A DNA stretch of 64,000 nt from an uncultured Rhodospirillaceae bacterium (GTDB taxonomy: Bacteria > Pseudomonadota > Alphaproteobacteria > MPNO01 > UBA2964): the NCBI GenBank assembly GCA_964499275.1, contig CAZCKO010000001.1:14739-78738 (forward strand), in the 5' to 3' direction. Both the position numbers and the translations under genes were made by a program. Positions 1 to 9,833 of the stretch are shown piece after piece; position 1 is the stretch's first letter, and every line of letters begins with the position of its first letter. Below the pieces are notes generated by a model. It saw only the letters and a list, made by a program, of their open reading frames with translations. It was not told the origin of the DNA and made no database searches.

Positions 1-72
1 CAAAAAGGGTGAGTATTTGAAATACTTAAAAACCTAATGACCCTGTGCTAAACTATACAGGGAGGAAAAAGA

Positions 73-1119
73 ATGACGGAAACAAATGCAAAATTTCTAA
101 AAAATGCTTGGTATGCGGCGATTTGGGCACCCGACCTCCCACCCGCCACTCCAATCGCTAAAATCTTCCTTAACGAACCAGTTGTCCTTTTCCGAACGGA
201 AGATGGAGAGCCGGTTGCTTTGGAAGATAAATGCTGTCATCGCGCAGCACCACTATCGGTCGGCGAATGCATAGGTGACACAATCCAGTGTGGCTATCAC
301 GGCTTAAGGTTCAATCCTGCGGGGGCTTGTGTGGAAATTCCCGGTCAATCAAAAATTCCACGGAACGCAATGGTCCGATCCTACCCCGTAATTGAACGCT
401 GGAACATGGTATGGATATGGATGGGTGCCTCAGAAAAGGCAGACGAAGCAACTATACCTGAATATTTTTGGCTAAAAGATGATGGCTGGAAATCCGCCAC
501 CGGCTATATTCCAATGAAAGGTAATTACCAGTTGCTGGTCGACAATCTCCTCGATTTCACTCACGTGACTTATCTCCACAAAAATACTTTATCCGCCGAT
601 CCAGAGGAAGCTAAGGTCCCCGTAAAAGTGGTACGAGACGAAAAATCGGTCTCTGTTTCTCGGTGGATATTTGGACATAACGCCCCACCGTTATTTGCAA
701 AAGCGGGCGGTTTTAACGGAAAGGTAGACCGTTGGCAAACAACCACCTGGTTGGCCCCCTCTACACTCGCTTTTGATGTTGGTTGTGCAAAGGCTAATAC
801 CGGTGCAGTCGACGGCGACCGCTCGCAAGGTATCTCGATCTGGTCTACTCACTTAATTACACCAGAGACTGATACTACGACCCATTATAATTGGGCCTAT
901 GTAAGAAATTTTTCTTTGGAAGACGATCATATGACCGAAACACTGCATAAAGGCGCCAAGGCAACATTTGAGGAAGATGTTGTAATGATAGAAGCACAGC
1001 AGAACAGACTAGGTGGTGTAAGCTTCGATGGTTTGATTGATATAAACGCCGATAACCCACCCCTCCAGATGCGCAGGATTATGGATGAGTTAATTACAGC
1101 GGAGTTGGCGGGTGGATAG
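73..1119 (+). CDS. Rieske [2Fe-2S] non-heme iron oxygenase, VanA-like (vanillate O-demethylase or phthalate dioxygenase family) oxygenase subunit
   Basis: 348-aa ORF with a Rieske motif C-C-H-x16-C-G-Y-H (CCHRAAPLS...QCGYHGLRF) near the N-terminus. Size and layout match single-component VanA-type oxygenases. An RBS-like GGAGG lies upstream. Confidence 0.75.
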   Translation: MTETNAKFLKNAWYAAIWAPDLPPATPIAKIFLNEPVVLFRTEDGEPVALEDKCCHRAAPLSVGECIGDTIQCGYHGLRFNPAGACVEIPGQSKIPRNAMVRSYPVIERWNMVWIWMGASEKADEATIPEYFWLKDDGWKSATGYIPMKGNYQLLVDNLLDFTHVTYLHKNTLSADPEEAKVPVKVVRDEKSVSVSRWIFGHNAPPLFAKAGGFNGKVDRWQTTTWLAPSTLAFDVGCAKANTGAVDGDRSQGISIWSTHLITPETDTTTHYNWAYVRNFSLEDDHMTETLHKGAKATFEEDVVMIEAQQNRLGGVSFDGLIDINADNPPLQMRRIMDELITAELAGG

Positions 1120-1202
1120 TCAAAATTTTTTAACTGAGTTTTTGGCGTTAAGTAATGCCCAACCATTAATTATGGTTTTGTTTTGAAGTTTCGAATGTAT
1201 AA

Positions 1203-1400
1203 TCTCCAACTGATGGTTCCCCATCGGGATTAAAAGGGAACGCGGTGAGTCTTTGGCCTATAAAAAATTAGTCCTCACAATGCCGTGGCTGCCCTCGCAA
1301 CTGTAAGTGGGAAATTGATGTCCATATATGTCACTGCTTAAGCGGGAAGGCGGATGTCAGTATAGATCCACGAGCCAGGAAACCTGCCGTCGCAATTGTC
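1203..1400 (+). promoter_or_regulatory. Cobalamin (B12) riboswitch in the btuB leader
   Basis: Conserved cobalamin-riboswitch core blocks are present: GGTTCC...GGGATTAAAAGGGAACGCGGTGAGTC...GCCGTGGCTGCCCTCGCAACTGTAAGTGGG...GTCACTG...GCGGGAAGGC. The B12-box-like GAGCCAGGAAACCTGCCG sits around 1371–1390. It lies upstream of a TonB-dependent receptor. Confidence 0.85.
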
Positions 1401-1596
1401 ACCTATCCGTTGGGCGAGGAGACCAAGGGGGGCGGGCTCTCCGTTTTTGGTGACACAGGTATTTACCTTGTGGAAAGAACCAAAATGGATCTAATAGCTG
1501 ATCAATCCCTTCGTTCAAAACATCGTCCTTCAGCGCGTTGTATAATCCGCGAGTGCAGATACCTGTCTTTACCATTCGTCAAAGACGGAATCAGGA

Positions 1597-3687
1597 ATGC
1601 ACAAAATAATAAACTTCTTAACAATTAGACGGGTTTGCTTTCTTGCAGTTATAATCTGGTGTTTTTGCTCTTTGGGCGGAGATAGTGTTGGTCAAACTAA
1701 ACATACTTTGCCGACTGTAGTCGTAACCACATCCCGCATAGCAAATGATGTCGACAGCCTATCTTTGGCTAGTTCGGTTGGTGCCTTCACTACCATCATA
1801 ACCAACGACAAAATTAAGCAATCCCTGGAAAAAACTTTACCTGAAATTTTATCATTTGAAGCCGGTATCCAATTCCAAGACTTGTATGGCAGCACTAATG
1901 GAGCCGGTCAAACTATTGATATGCGTGGATTTGGGGAACCCGCAACCGCCAATACCCTGATCCTCATCAACGGAAGGAGACTTACCGATTTGGATTTGGC
2001 AGCAGTCGACTTTTCTTCAATTCCGCGGGAGAGTATCGACCGTATAGAAATTACACGGGGAAATGTTGGGGGTGTCCTTTATGGTGGTGGGGCCGAAGGG
2101 GGCGCGATTAACATTATCACAAAATCAAATACAAAGCCTGGCTGGCATAGTAAAGCAAATGGTGGCTTAGGCTCCGATGGATATCGAGAATATAATTTGT
2201 CATCAACCCTAAATAAAGATGGCCTTTCCATAAGCAGCTATGGCAATCGGGTCTTCAGCGACGGATATCGTGATAACAACTATTTAAAACAAAAGAATCT
2301 GACATTTGAAATTCGTCGCCACCTGACAAAAGGCAGTATATTTTTGAATTTCAACTTAGACGATCAAAAGCTCGGATTACCTGGAGGCAGAATTGTGCAA
2401 CCGAGTAACGGGACAAATGATCTGAACGACCCACGAGGTGCCCAAACACCGAATGATTACGCCCTGGAAAATGGGATGGCAACGTATCTCGGTGGATCCT
2501 ACGATCTCAACGATTTTGCCGAGATCATTCTCGATGCGAGCCTCCGCCGAAAAGACCAAGATAGCGATTTTCGCAATCAAGATGAGGCTCGGGATACAGT
2601 ACTTACCACATGGGGTTTGACGCCACGTATACTCATTGATACCTATCTTGCGGGTAGAATTCTAACGAGTACCACTGGGTTGGATCTTTATTATGTAGAC
2701 TATAATTCGGACAGAAAAAGAAAACCAAACACCGCACCATTTACTCGGGTCAAAGCGTATCAATACTCAACCGGTGTCTATAACCAATCATCAATAAAAT
2801 TAACCAATAATTTCTCTACAAGTTTTGGTTTACGCCTTGAGAAGATTAGATTCCAAATTGGGGATACGGCATACCCGGGAAACCCCGGTTCATTTGGATG
2901 GCCACAGACCACTTTCAAACCAACCCTTACCGATTCTGAAAACGAATATGCACTTAACGCTGGTTTCGAATTTAAACTCACTGATTTAATAAAATTTTAC
3001 GGACATATTGGCCGTGGTTATCGAACACCAACATTGGACGAACGGTCGGGGACAGCATACGCTCTTAATAGTTTTGAATTGAAAAATCAGTCATCAAAGG
3101 AAGTGCAAGGTGGAACACAGTTTCTATTGGGTAATACCTTTATTGATGCTCGGGCGTATTTCTCTAAAACTCGTGATGAAATTCGTTTCAACCCCGACGA
3201 CTCCACAAATTTTGGCGCAAACGAAAATGTAGGTCCTGTTTATCGGTATGGACTTGAAAGCACTTTAAGTCGTAAATTTTCAGAGGCTATTAGCATTAAG
3301 GGTAACCTAACTTTGCTGAAAGCAGAATTTGCGGATGGTCAGTTTGATGGTCAGGACGTTCCACTTGTACCTAATATTACGGCAAGTGCAGGCATAAACT
3401 GGAAAATAAAACCATGGCTAAATCTTAATACGGTAATCACTTACGAAGGAGAACGGCGTTTGGCAAATGACGAGCAAGGCCATTTTAACAAACTCTCCGA
3501 CTTCACGTTATGGGATTTAGATTTAAAGGGTGGGTATAGGTCATTTACTTGGTCAGCTTCGGTAAACAACTTATTAGACAAAGATCACCAAACCTTTGGA
3601 ACAGCGAGCGATACTACACCGGGGAAATATTCTGTTCAGACCCTACCCGGACGCACCTATTTTATCAGAGTAGGTCTAAAACTCTAG
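1597..3687 (+). CDS. btuB: TonB-dependent outer-membrane receptor, BtuB-like (vitamin B12 transporter)
   Basis: 696-aa ORF with a signal peptide and a TonB-box-like TLPTVVVTTSR. Plug-domain motifs and a C-terminal beta-barrel are present. It is preceded by a cobalamin riboswitch and followed by tonB. Confidence 0.8.
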   Translation: MHKIINFLTIRRVCFLAVIIWCFCSLGGDSVGQTKHTLPTVVVTTSRIANDVDSLSLASSVGAFTTIITNDKIKQSLEKTLPEILSFEAGIQFQDLYGSTNGAGQTIDMRGFGEPATANTLILINGRRLTDLDLAAVDFSSIPRESIDRIEITRGNVGGVLYGGGAEGGAINIITKSNTKPGWHSKANGGLGSDGYREYNLSSTLNKDGLSISSYGNRVFSDGYRDNNYLKQKNLTFEIRRHLTKGSIFLNFNLDDQKLGLPGGRIVQPSNGTNDLNDPRGAQTPNDYALENGMATYLGGSYDLNDFAEIILDASLRRKDQDSDFRNQDEARDTVLTTWGLTPRILIDTYLAGRILTSTTGLDLYYVDYNSDRKRKPNTAPFTRVKAYQYSTGVYNQSSIKLTNNFSTSFGLRLEKIRFQIGDTAYPGNPGSFGWPQTTFKPTLTDSENEYALNAGFEFKLTDLIKFYGHIGRGYRTPTLDERSGTAYALNSFELKNQSSKEVQGGTQFLLGNTFIDARAYFSKTRDEIRFNPDDSTNFGANENVGPVYRYGLESTLSRKFSEAISIKGNLTLLKAEFADGQFDGQDVPLVPNITASAGINWKIKPWLNLNTVITYEGERRLANDEQGHFNKLSDFTLWDLDLKGGYRSFTWSASVNNLLDKDHQTFGTASDTTPGKYSVQTLPGRTYFIRVGLKL

Positions 3688-3700
3688 CGGTAACCTTTTC

Positions 3701-4582
3701 ATGATTGGACAAATACTTCCATTAAAACAACTTAGATTTAGTAGGTTTGAAAGGTGGGTATACCCCCTGTCAATTTCATTAATCGCGCATGTTGCTTTAA
3801 TCGTCTTAATTTTTTTGAACGATGCGGATATTTCTGAACCAATTTTACCGAAAACATTTAAAGTCGAGATAGTCACAGAGCAAAAGAGCTGGCAACAGGA
3901 ACCCATTCCAGAAAACTCCAAAAATTCAATCGAATCAACTTCAGCTATCAATTTAATTTCCGACGAAGCTCGGCCCAAGGAAATACTAAAACGAAAGAAA
4001 AATTTACACCCTTCGAAACACCCTCCTCAGAAAGCAGAAAATCCTATTTACGCACCGCTTCCCAAGCGTAAGCCTGTACTTGCATCAATGAGGTTAAGCT
4101 ATCAAAACATCAAAAATCCGCGGTTACAGCAACCATATACCGAAGACAAGTTATTTATTAATTTAGATACTCCAGTTAAGCAGAAAACTTACTCAGAGAC
4201 AGATAAGTCAACCAAAGTCCCCTTTTTATCAACACCACCAAATCTCAAAGGTGGGGGGGCCAAAACCCCAGTCATACGAACTAAACCTCCAAGACCCGAC
4301 TCTGAGGCAAACAATCCATACCCGCAGTACCCCAATCGCGCTCGAAGACGAGGACTAGAGGGAGGGCTCATCCTTAGAGTAACGGTAAATATTAAAGGAG
4401 CACCGTCTGCTATTGAAGTCATAAAAACGAGTGGTCACGAAATTCTCGACAGGGCTGCTGTCAAAGCAGTGCGTAATTGGCAATTTCAACCCGCCAAAAA
4501 GGGAGAAAAGCCGGTGAAAGCTAGCGTTAATCTGCCCGTAGAATTTCGTCTCCGAGAAAAACCAGATGACAATAGTGAGTAA
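3701..4582 (+). CDS. tonB: Energy transducer TonB
   Basis: N-terminal TM anchor, Pro/Lys-rich central linker and a C-terminal TonB domain (PYPQYPNRARRRGLEGGLILRVTVNIKGAPSAIEVIKTSGHEILDRAAVKAVRNWQFQPA). It starts 14 nt after the btuB stop. Confidence 0.85.
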   Translation: MIGQILPLKQLRFSRFERWVYPLSISLIAHVALIVLIFLNDADISEPILPKTFKVEIVTEQKSWQQEPIPENSKNSIESTSAINLISDEARPKEILKRKKNLHPSKHPPQKAENPIYAPLPKRKPVLASMRLSYQNIKNPRLQQPYTEDKLFINLDTPVKQKTYSETDKSTKVPFLSTPPNLKGGGAKTPVIRTKPPRPDSEANNPYPQYPNRARRRGLEGGLILRVTVNIKGAPSAIEVIKTSGHEILDRAAVKAVRNWQFQPAKKGEKPVKASVNLPVEFRLREKPDDNSE

Positions 4583-4615
4583 CTCACCTCCTTGCATAGC
4601 TTACTGATTTCACCT

Positions 4616-4667
4616 TTAAAACTATTTGGTGTTTCACACCATACTCGGAAACATCAAATAGTTTTAA
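4616..4667 (+). repeat. Perfect 13-bp inverted repeat (TTAAAACTATTTG / CAAATAGTTTTAA) enclosing a 5-bp GC hairpin (GGTGTttcACACC)
   Basis: Read directly in the sequence about 34 nt downstream of the tonB stop. A nested hairpin with no T-tract after it. Confidence 0.6.
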
Positions 4668-4948
4668 GTTCCTGCGTTTAGTGCTGCCAGGTCAATGGGC
4701 CCAACATTTTGTTCGATATAATTTCAGTTTTTCTAACTAACAGACTATCCGTTATGTCCAAACCCAGGGGTACACCCTCGCCGCTAAAATCGGATGCCGA
4801 TTCGACAAGAATATGCAGTTTGGATTCGGTCCGTTAACTCACTACCACTTTCCAGCCACGCCTGGCTCATTCTAGCGAAACTACCCTGCCGATACCGGTA
4901 CCTGCACCTATAATCCACACTATAGCATTTCGTCCGGTCGCATATTGA

Positions 4949-5025
4949 TGGTGCGCCCGGCAGGATTCGAACCTGCGACCCCAGGATTAGGAATCCTGTG
5001 CTCTATCCTACTGAGCTACGGGCGC
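4949..5025 (-). tRNA. tRNA-Arg (anticodon CCT)
   Basis: Minus-strand 77-nt cloverleaf GCGCCCGTAGCTCAGTAGGATAGAGCACAGGATTCCTAATCCTGGGGTCGCAGGTTCGAATCCTGCCGGGCGCACCA. Anticodon loop TTCCTAA. T-arm GGTTCGAATCC. Encoded CCA. Confidence 0.85.
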
Positions 5026-5142
5026 AATTTTTCCTAACAAAATAATTTTAGTTCCTACCCTCTCATATCAGAGAGATAAAGTGAATCTCTAATCAACTAA
5101 GGATGCCCTTGGCTTAAATTCATTGTAGGACAACAAGTGCTA

Positions 5143-6612
5143 TTAAACCTTTGGGGCTGGTGTAAATGCCTGAGTACCCATTTTATCGCGTAAAATCTTT
5201 TCACGACCACCATGAAATTCAATCATTGCATTTTGGTCATCCTTAGCGTGTCGATCAGCGGCTTCTGGATTTAGGATATTACGCAATAGGCCCTCATATT
5301 CTTTACAAATGTTGGCATATGCGGGGTCACTCGCCAGGTCCCTTTCTTCGCCTGGGTCAGCCCGAAGATCAAAAAGCTCCGGCTGATAGCCGACATAATA
5401 ATTGAATTTGAATTTATCCTTACGGATCATAAATCCACCTGATGGTGACGCACTAGCATGGTACTGGGCAAATATTAATCGCTCTGTATTAGTTTCCCCA
5501 GCAGCAATATCAATCAAGCACCGACCGGGGAGATCCTTATCCTCTGGCATAACCTCAGCGCCAGTAGCCTCAACGATTGTTGGATGAACATCAACGAGTG
5601 AGACAGGCGTATCACACACCACACCGCGAGCTACGTCGGGGCCAGAAATTAACATCGGAATACCGGCGCTTTCTTCGTATAATACCGATTTCCCCCAAAG
5701 CCCACGCGCGCCCGCATTTTCGCCGTGATCACTGGTATAGATAATCCGCGTATTATCTCGTAGTCCGGCAGCTTCGAGACTATCCAACACTCGGCCAATC
5801 TGATTATCAATAAACGAGCATAAACCAAGATACGCAGCCAGTGCTGCGCGTGATTTTTCAGGTGTCAAGCAATTAGCATGAGGTTGACGCACCGCTACCA
5901 CGTCAACCCAAGGATGGCGTTTATAACCAGTCTCTGGGTTGAGTTTTGGATCTGGCATGTCCGTTGGTTTGTACATACTAAAATAAGGTTCCGGCACGGT
6001 CAGCGGATAGTGTGGCGATAAAAAACTAACAAACAAACACCACGGTTTACCTTTATCCGCCTTTCCCATGGCTTGTAACCACTGGGTAGAAAGATCACCA
6101 ACCCTTACATCGTATCTCGTATAGTCGGACTCACCTGAACAAGCTTTAGCAGCAAATCCTGGCTTCTTCTTGGACTCAGGATCAAAAGGCGGCATCGGAT
6201 CCCTAATCGCTGCGGTAATCGAGCCAACACCATCTTTGATGTACATAGGCACTTGTCGTTGATCAAAGCCGAGCGGGTCATCATCTTTTCGATAATGAAG
6301 TTTACCAATAGATTCTACTGGGACACCTGACTCCTGAAGGCGGTGTCCCCATCCAGCAACTCGGCCATCATAAGCGGTGGCATTATCCCAATATCGAATT
6401 TCGTTATTATATCGTCCAGTAGCTAGCGATGCCCGCGCCGGCACGCAAATAGGGCAATTCGTATAAGCATTAGTGAACCGAGTGCCCGTCTCCGCCAATG
6501 CGTCGAGGTTGGGGGTTTTAACATGGGGATGACCACTACAACCCATCATGGAGCGGTTATGCTCATCGGCCATTATAAAAAGCAAATTGGATGACGTCAT
6601 ATCTATCCTCAC
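5143..6612 (-). CDS. Type I sulfatase (Cys-type formylglycine), possibly choline or aryl sulfatase family
   Basis: 489 aa. Sulfatase signature C-x-P-x-R-x4-TG (NCPICVPARASLATGRY). N-terminal LFIMADEHN metal-binding motif. Confidence 0.8.
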   Translation of the reverse strand: MRIDMTSSNLLFIMADEHNRSMMGCSGHPHVKTPNLDALAETGTRFTNAYTNCPICVPARASLATGRYNNEIRYWDNATAYDGRVAGWGHRLQESGVPVESIGKLHYRKDDDPLGFDQRQVPMYIKDGVGSITAAIRDPMPPFDPESKKKPGFAAKACSGESDYTRYDVRVGDLSTQWLQAMGKADKGKPWCLFVSFLSPHYPLTVPEPYFSMYKPTDMPDPKLNPETGYKRHPWVDVVAVRQPHANCLTPEKSRAALAAYLGLCSFIDNQIGRVLDSLEAAGLRDNTRIIYTSDHGENAGARGLWGKSVLYEESAGIPMLISGPDVARGVVCDTPVSLVDVHPTIVEATGAEVMPEDKDLPGRCLIDIAAGETNTERLIFAQYHASASPSGGFMIRKDKFKFNYYVGYQPELFDLRADPGEERDLASDPAYANICKEYEGLLRNILNPEAADRHAKDDQNAMIEFHGGREKILRDKMGTQAFTPAPKV

Positions 6613-6635
6613 GCAGTTTCATTCAACGGGGCAAG

Positions 6636-7349
6636 TCACCAAGAAAAGGGTATCGAATAGCTAAGACTGAGCACCTCTGTACCGGGGTTGTTATCCGAGA
6701 GACTGGCATTAGAAAGATGATAAAACATTAACCCTAAGCGATGAAGGTTTTTAAACTCATATGCTACTTCTAATGCAGAACGAAATTCGATGGCGTGACC
6801 CAAGTCTTTACCATCGCCATTTACATAAAGCCCAGCAGCAAAAGAAGGGGTTATGATAAAATCTCTATAAACCCAATCAAGAGCGATACCTCCATAACCA
6901 TAAAATGCCTTATCTCCTGTACTCATGAGACCCACAAAGGTTTGAAAAAACTGAAATGATTTATCAAGCCGTTGTTCTAATCTCAGTTCAACGGTGCTTT
7001 TGTTATCGTTGATATCATAATAGCCAACTCCAAGGCTTAAATAACCTGGATTATTGTTTCGTACACGACTTGGAACTGTTTGTGCAGGTGGGTTTTTATT
7101 TATAGGGATTAAGACCCGACCCATAGGCTTTTCTTTTACAAGTGGCTTTATTTTAGTACCCGGCTGGCTTCGTTGATTTTGTCCAACAATTGTTGAGGTA
7201 TCCCGATTTGAAGTGTTACCGAAAGGATGCGGTTTAAACAACAATTGCTCCAAATCGTAAGACTTGGTACCCGCGGAAAGTGGCTTCACCACAAATAACG
7301 CCGCAATCACTATATATGAAGCATAACAAAAATATGTTTTTTTTCTCAA
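6636..7349 (-). CDS. Outer-membrane PagL-like lipid A deacylase / acyloxyacyl hydrolase family protein with a long low-complexity linker
   Basis: Signal peptide, then a roughly 90-aa Pro/Asn/Ser-rich linker, then a C-terminal beta-barrel ending in aromatic ...SYSIPFSW. H-x-S-N motif (FYHLSNASL) as in the PagL family. Confidence 0.45.
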   Translation of the reverse strand: MRKKTYFCYASYIVIAALFVVKPLSAGTKSYDLEQLLFKPHPFGNTSNRDTSTIVGQNQRSQPGTKIKPLVKEKPMGRVLIPINKNPPAQTVPSRVRNNNPGYLSLGVGYYDINDNKSTVELRLEQRLDKSFQFFQTFVGLMSTGDKAFYGYGGIALDWVYRDFIITPSFAAGLYVNGDGKDLGHAIEFRSALEVAYEFKNLHRLGLMFYHLSNASLSDNNPGTEVLSLSYSIPFSW

Positions 7350-7435
7350 ATCGGAGGACCTATTTTTTATATTTATACCTATTTTAATTTTACAAATGAG
7401 TGCTCAAGCTGCAAGTAAGAACCTCGATCATCGCC

Positions 7436-8392
7436 TCAACGCCGATGTTTTAATCGTTCAGTGGCTCTAACTAAAGCAGCACGGATCCCGGGTTCCATTG
7501 CTGAATGTCCAGCGTCCGGGACTATCACGTACTCAGCTTCTGGCCAGACTTCGTGCAAAGAATTTGCGGTAGTCACAGGACAAACCATGTCATAACGCCC
7601 CTGAATAATTATTCCTGGTAAATGGCGTATTTTATCCACTCCTTTGAGCAGAGACCCTTCTTCCATGAACAAATCATTGACAAAATAATGGGTTTCAATA
7701 CTCGCAAGTGCATATGCTAAAACGTCGCTACTAAAAGCCGCAACTGTCTCGGGGCTGGGTAGCAAGGTTGAACATGCCCCTTCAAAAGCACTCCAAGCCC
7801 TCGCTGCAGGCAGATGTACCGCCGGGTCTTTATTCATTAATCGCCGGTGGTAGGCTGACAGAATATCACGACGCTCTGTTTCAGTAAGCAGTCCGACCAA
7901 ACGATCCCAGTTTTCTGGAAACACTGTCTTCATTCCATAGAGAAACCAGTCTAACTCTTGCTGCCGGCCAAGAAAAATACCCCGAAGGATAAAGCCTATG
8001 CAACGATCGGGATGTGCTTGACCATAGGCCAGCCCGAGAGTACTACCCCAAGAACCACCAAAAATAACCCACCGTTCGATGCCAAGATGTACACGTAAAG
8101 CTTCAATATCGTTAATAAGGTGCTGCGTAGTATTGTTGGTTAATTCCCCCTGCGGCTCTGACCGCCCTGCGCCCCTTTGATCATATATTATAATTCGATA
8201 TGCGCCTGGATCGAAGAACCGTCGATGAACGGGTGTAGCGCCAGCCCCTGGGCCGCCGTGCAAAAACACTACGGGAACACCTTTAGGATTACCCGATTGT
8301 TCCCAATACATGTTGTGTAAGCTATCTAGCTCTAGGCCACCGGTAACATAGGGGCTGATGGGCGGAAAAAGTTGCTCGCGGGTCATTAACAC
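7436..8392 (-). CDS. pip: Prolyl aminopeptidase (proline iminopeptidase, S33)
   Basis: 318 aa. PVVFLHGGPGAG...IIYDQRGAGRS...GGSWGSTL motifs typical of proline iminopeptidase. Confidence 0.85.
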   Translation of the reverse strand: MLMTREQLFPPISPYVTGGLELDSLHNMYWEQSGNPKGVPVVFLHGGPGAGATPVHRRFFDPGAYRIIIYDQRGAGRSEPQGELTNNTTQHLINDIEALRVHLGIERWVIFGGSWGSTLGLAYGQAHPDRCIGFILRGIFLGRQQELDWFLYGMKTVFPENWDRLVGLLTETERRDILSAYHRRLMNKDPAVHLPAARAWSAFEGACSTLLPSPETVAAFSSDVLAYALASIETHYFVNDLFMEEGSLLKGVDKIRHLPGIIIQGRYDMVCPVTTANSLHEVWPEAEYVIVPDAGHSAMEPGIRAALVRATERLKHRR

Positions 8393-8514
8393 AGGCTCTA
8401 GCCTCTACTTTACAGTATCCCAATTACAAAAAAGGAATTGGGGACGAAAAGAATTATGACCATTCTATATCCGACTAATTTATCGAAGAAAAGTCATGGA
8501 CTCTCATTGAAAAA

Positions 8515-9042
8515 TTAAGCTGCTTTAACGAGCATATCTTCGAGTTTCTGTGTTGCAGCATCTAACTCTAATTTTTCAACCAATGCTAATTCTAGCGCTA
8601 ATCGATTAATTGCCGCCTCATACATTTGGCGTTCGCTATAAGATTGATCTGGTTGATCTGGGGGCCTATGCAAATCGCGAACGACTTCGGCTATAGCAAC
8701 GGGGTCTCCGCTATTTATTTTGGCTTCATATTCTTGAGCCCGACGGCTCCACATCGTTCTTTTAGCCCGTGCCCGGCCCTTGAGAGTACCCACGGCAACC
8801 TGCATTTTATCTTTGCTACTGATTTTTCTTAGTCCAGCTTCCTTCACTTTACCCACAGGAACCCGGAGAGTCATTTTTTCTGCAGCAAACCTTATGACAA
8901 ACAATTGCAGTTTAAATCCTGCCACCTCTTCTTTCGCAATATCAATCACCTGCCCAACCCCATGTGTTGGGTAAACTACGTAGTCTTTGACCGAAAATGG
9001 CAATTTTTTTGCCTTCGGTTTAGCTTTTACCGTCCTCGCCAT
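8515..9042 (-). CDS. carD: CarD/CdnL family RNAP-binding transcriptional regulator
   Basis: 175 aa. N-terminal FSVKDYVVYPTHGVGQV (CarD_TRCF RNAP-interacting domain) with a short Lys-rich N-terminal extension. Confidence 0.8.
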   Translation of the reverse strand: MARTVKAKPKAKKLPFSVKDYVVYPTHGVGQVIDIAKEEVAGFKLQLFVIRFAAEKMTLRVPVGKVKEAGLRKISSKDKMQVAVGTLKGRARAKRTMWSRRAQEYEAKINSGDPVAIAEVVRDLHRPPDQPDQSYSERQMYEAAINRLALELALVEKLELDAATQKLEDMLVKAA

Positions 9043-9308
9043 AAATTTCTCTCACTTAAAAGGCGGATAACTTATAAGTTTTACCGACTTTGGATTTCCA
9101 AAAAGCCTATTTTCTTAAACAGAACTTGGCTTAATAACTGCCCCCTCCAAACCAACACTCCTATTTTTATATGGGGCGATATTTTTTAAAATCAAAGAGG
9201 AGGCTATGTATCCTGTTAATTCTCAGTAATATAACATAAATTTACTAAAAGGGACAGGAATGTTTACCAAATGAAGGAATAACCCAGAAAAATCTAAAAA
9301 ATTTTGAT

Positions 9309-9659
9309 TTATTCCCCTGATGCTGGGTTTTCACTGAAATGGTCTTCAAACTTATTCGCGACGTCTTTCCAATCATCCGCATCAGCGGGCTGATCACCTT
9401 TGCGAGTAATATTGGGCCATTCTTCAGCGTATTTTGTGTTTATTTCAAGAAACTTCTCTGTACCACTTTCGGTATCAGGCTGAATAGCCTCAGCTGGACA
9501 TTCCGGCTCGCAAACACCGCAGTCAATACATTCGTCAGGGTGAATGACTAACATATTTTCACCCTCGTAGAAGCAATCTACCGGGCAAACTTCAACGCAA
9601 TCCATAAATTTACATTTAATACAGTTTTCCGTGACGACGTATGTCATACTTGTCTCCAA
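9309..9659 (-). CDS. fdxA: 7Fe ferredoxin (ferredoxin I)
   Basis: 116 aa. [29 protein letters not shown]...[12 protein letters not shown], the classic [3Fe-4S][4Fe-4S] FdxA cysteine pattern. Confidence 0.9.
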   Translation of the reverse strand: METSMTYVVTENCIKCKFMDCVEVCPVDCFYEGENMLVIHPDECIDCGVCEPECPAEAIQPDTESGTEKFLEINTKYAEEWPNITRKGDQPADADDWKDVANKFEDHFSENPASGE

Positions 9660-9833
9660 TCAATACTCGCTGCCCTTCTTTGGAGGGCACAACCTTCAGA
9701 ATCACCAAATTATTAGTGTAATATGGTTCCTGTACTATTTCAGAGCGATTGGCGCAACGCTATTGTTGCAATAATTTGTATAATTTAGAAAGAGTCATGT
9801 AAACCAAACACTTTAAAATCTCAATATTCTAGA

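Noticed and set aside
1410-1628. 72-aa ORF between the B12 riboswitch and btuB
   Set aside because: It sits in the riboswitch expression-platform region, has no RBS and no recognisable domain, and overlaps the btuB start. It is most likely a non-coding leader.
9190-9230. Seven-codon mini-ORF (MYPVNSQ*) with a perfect AAAGAGGAGG Shine-Dalgarno in the carD–fdxA intergenic region
   Set aside because: It is too short to evaluate and has no conservation evidence. It is probably a chance SD-like sequence in a promoter region, so it is noted but not called.
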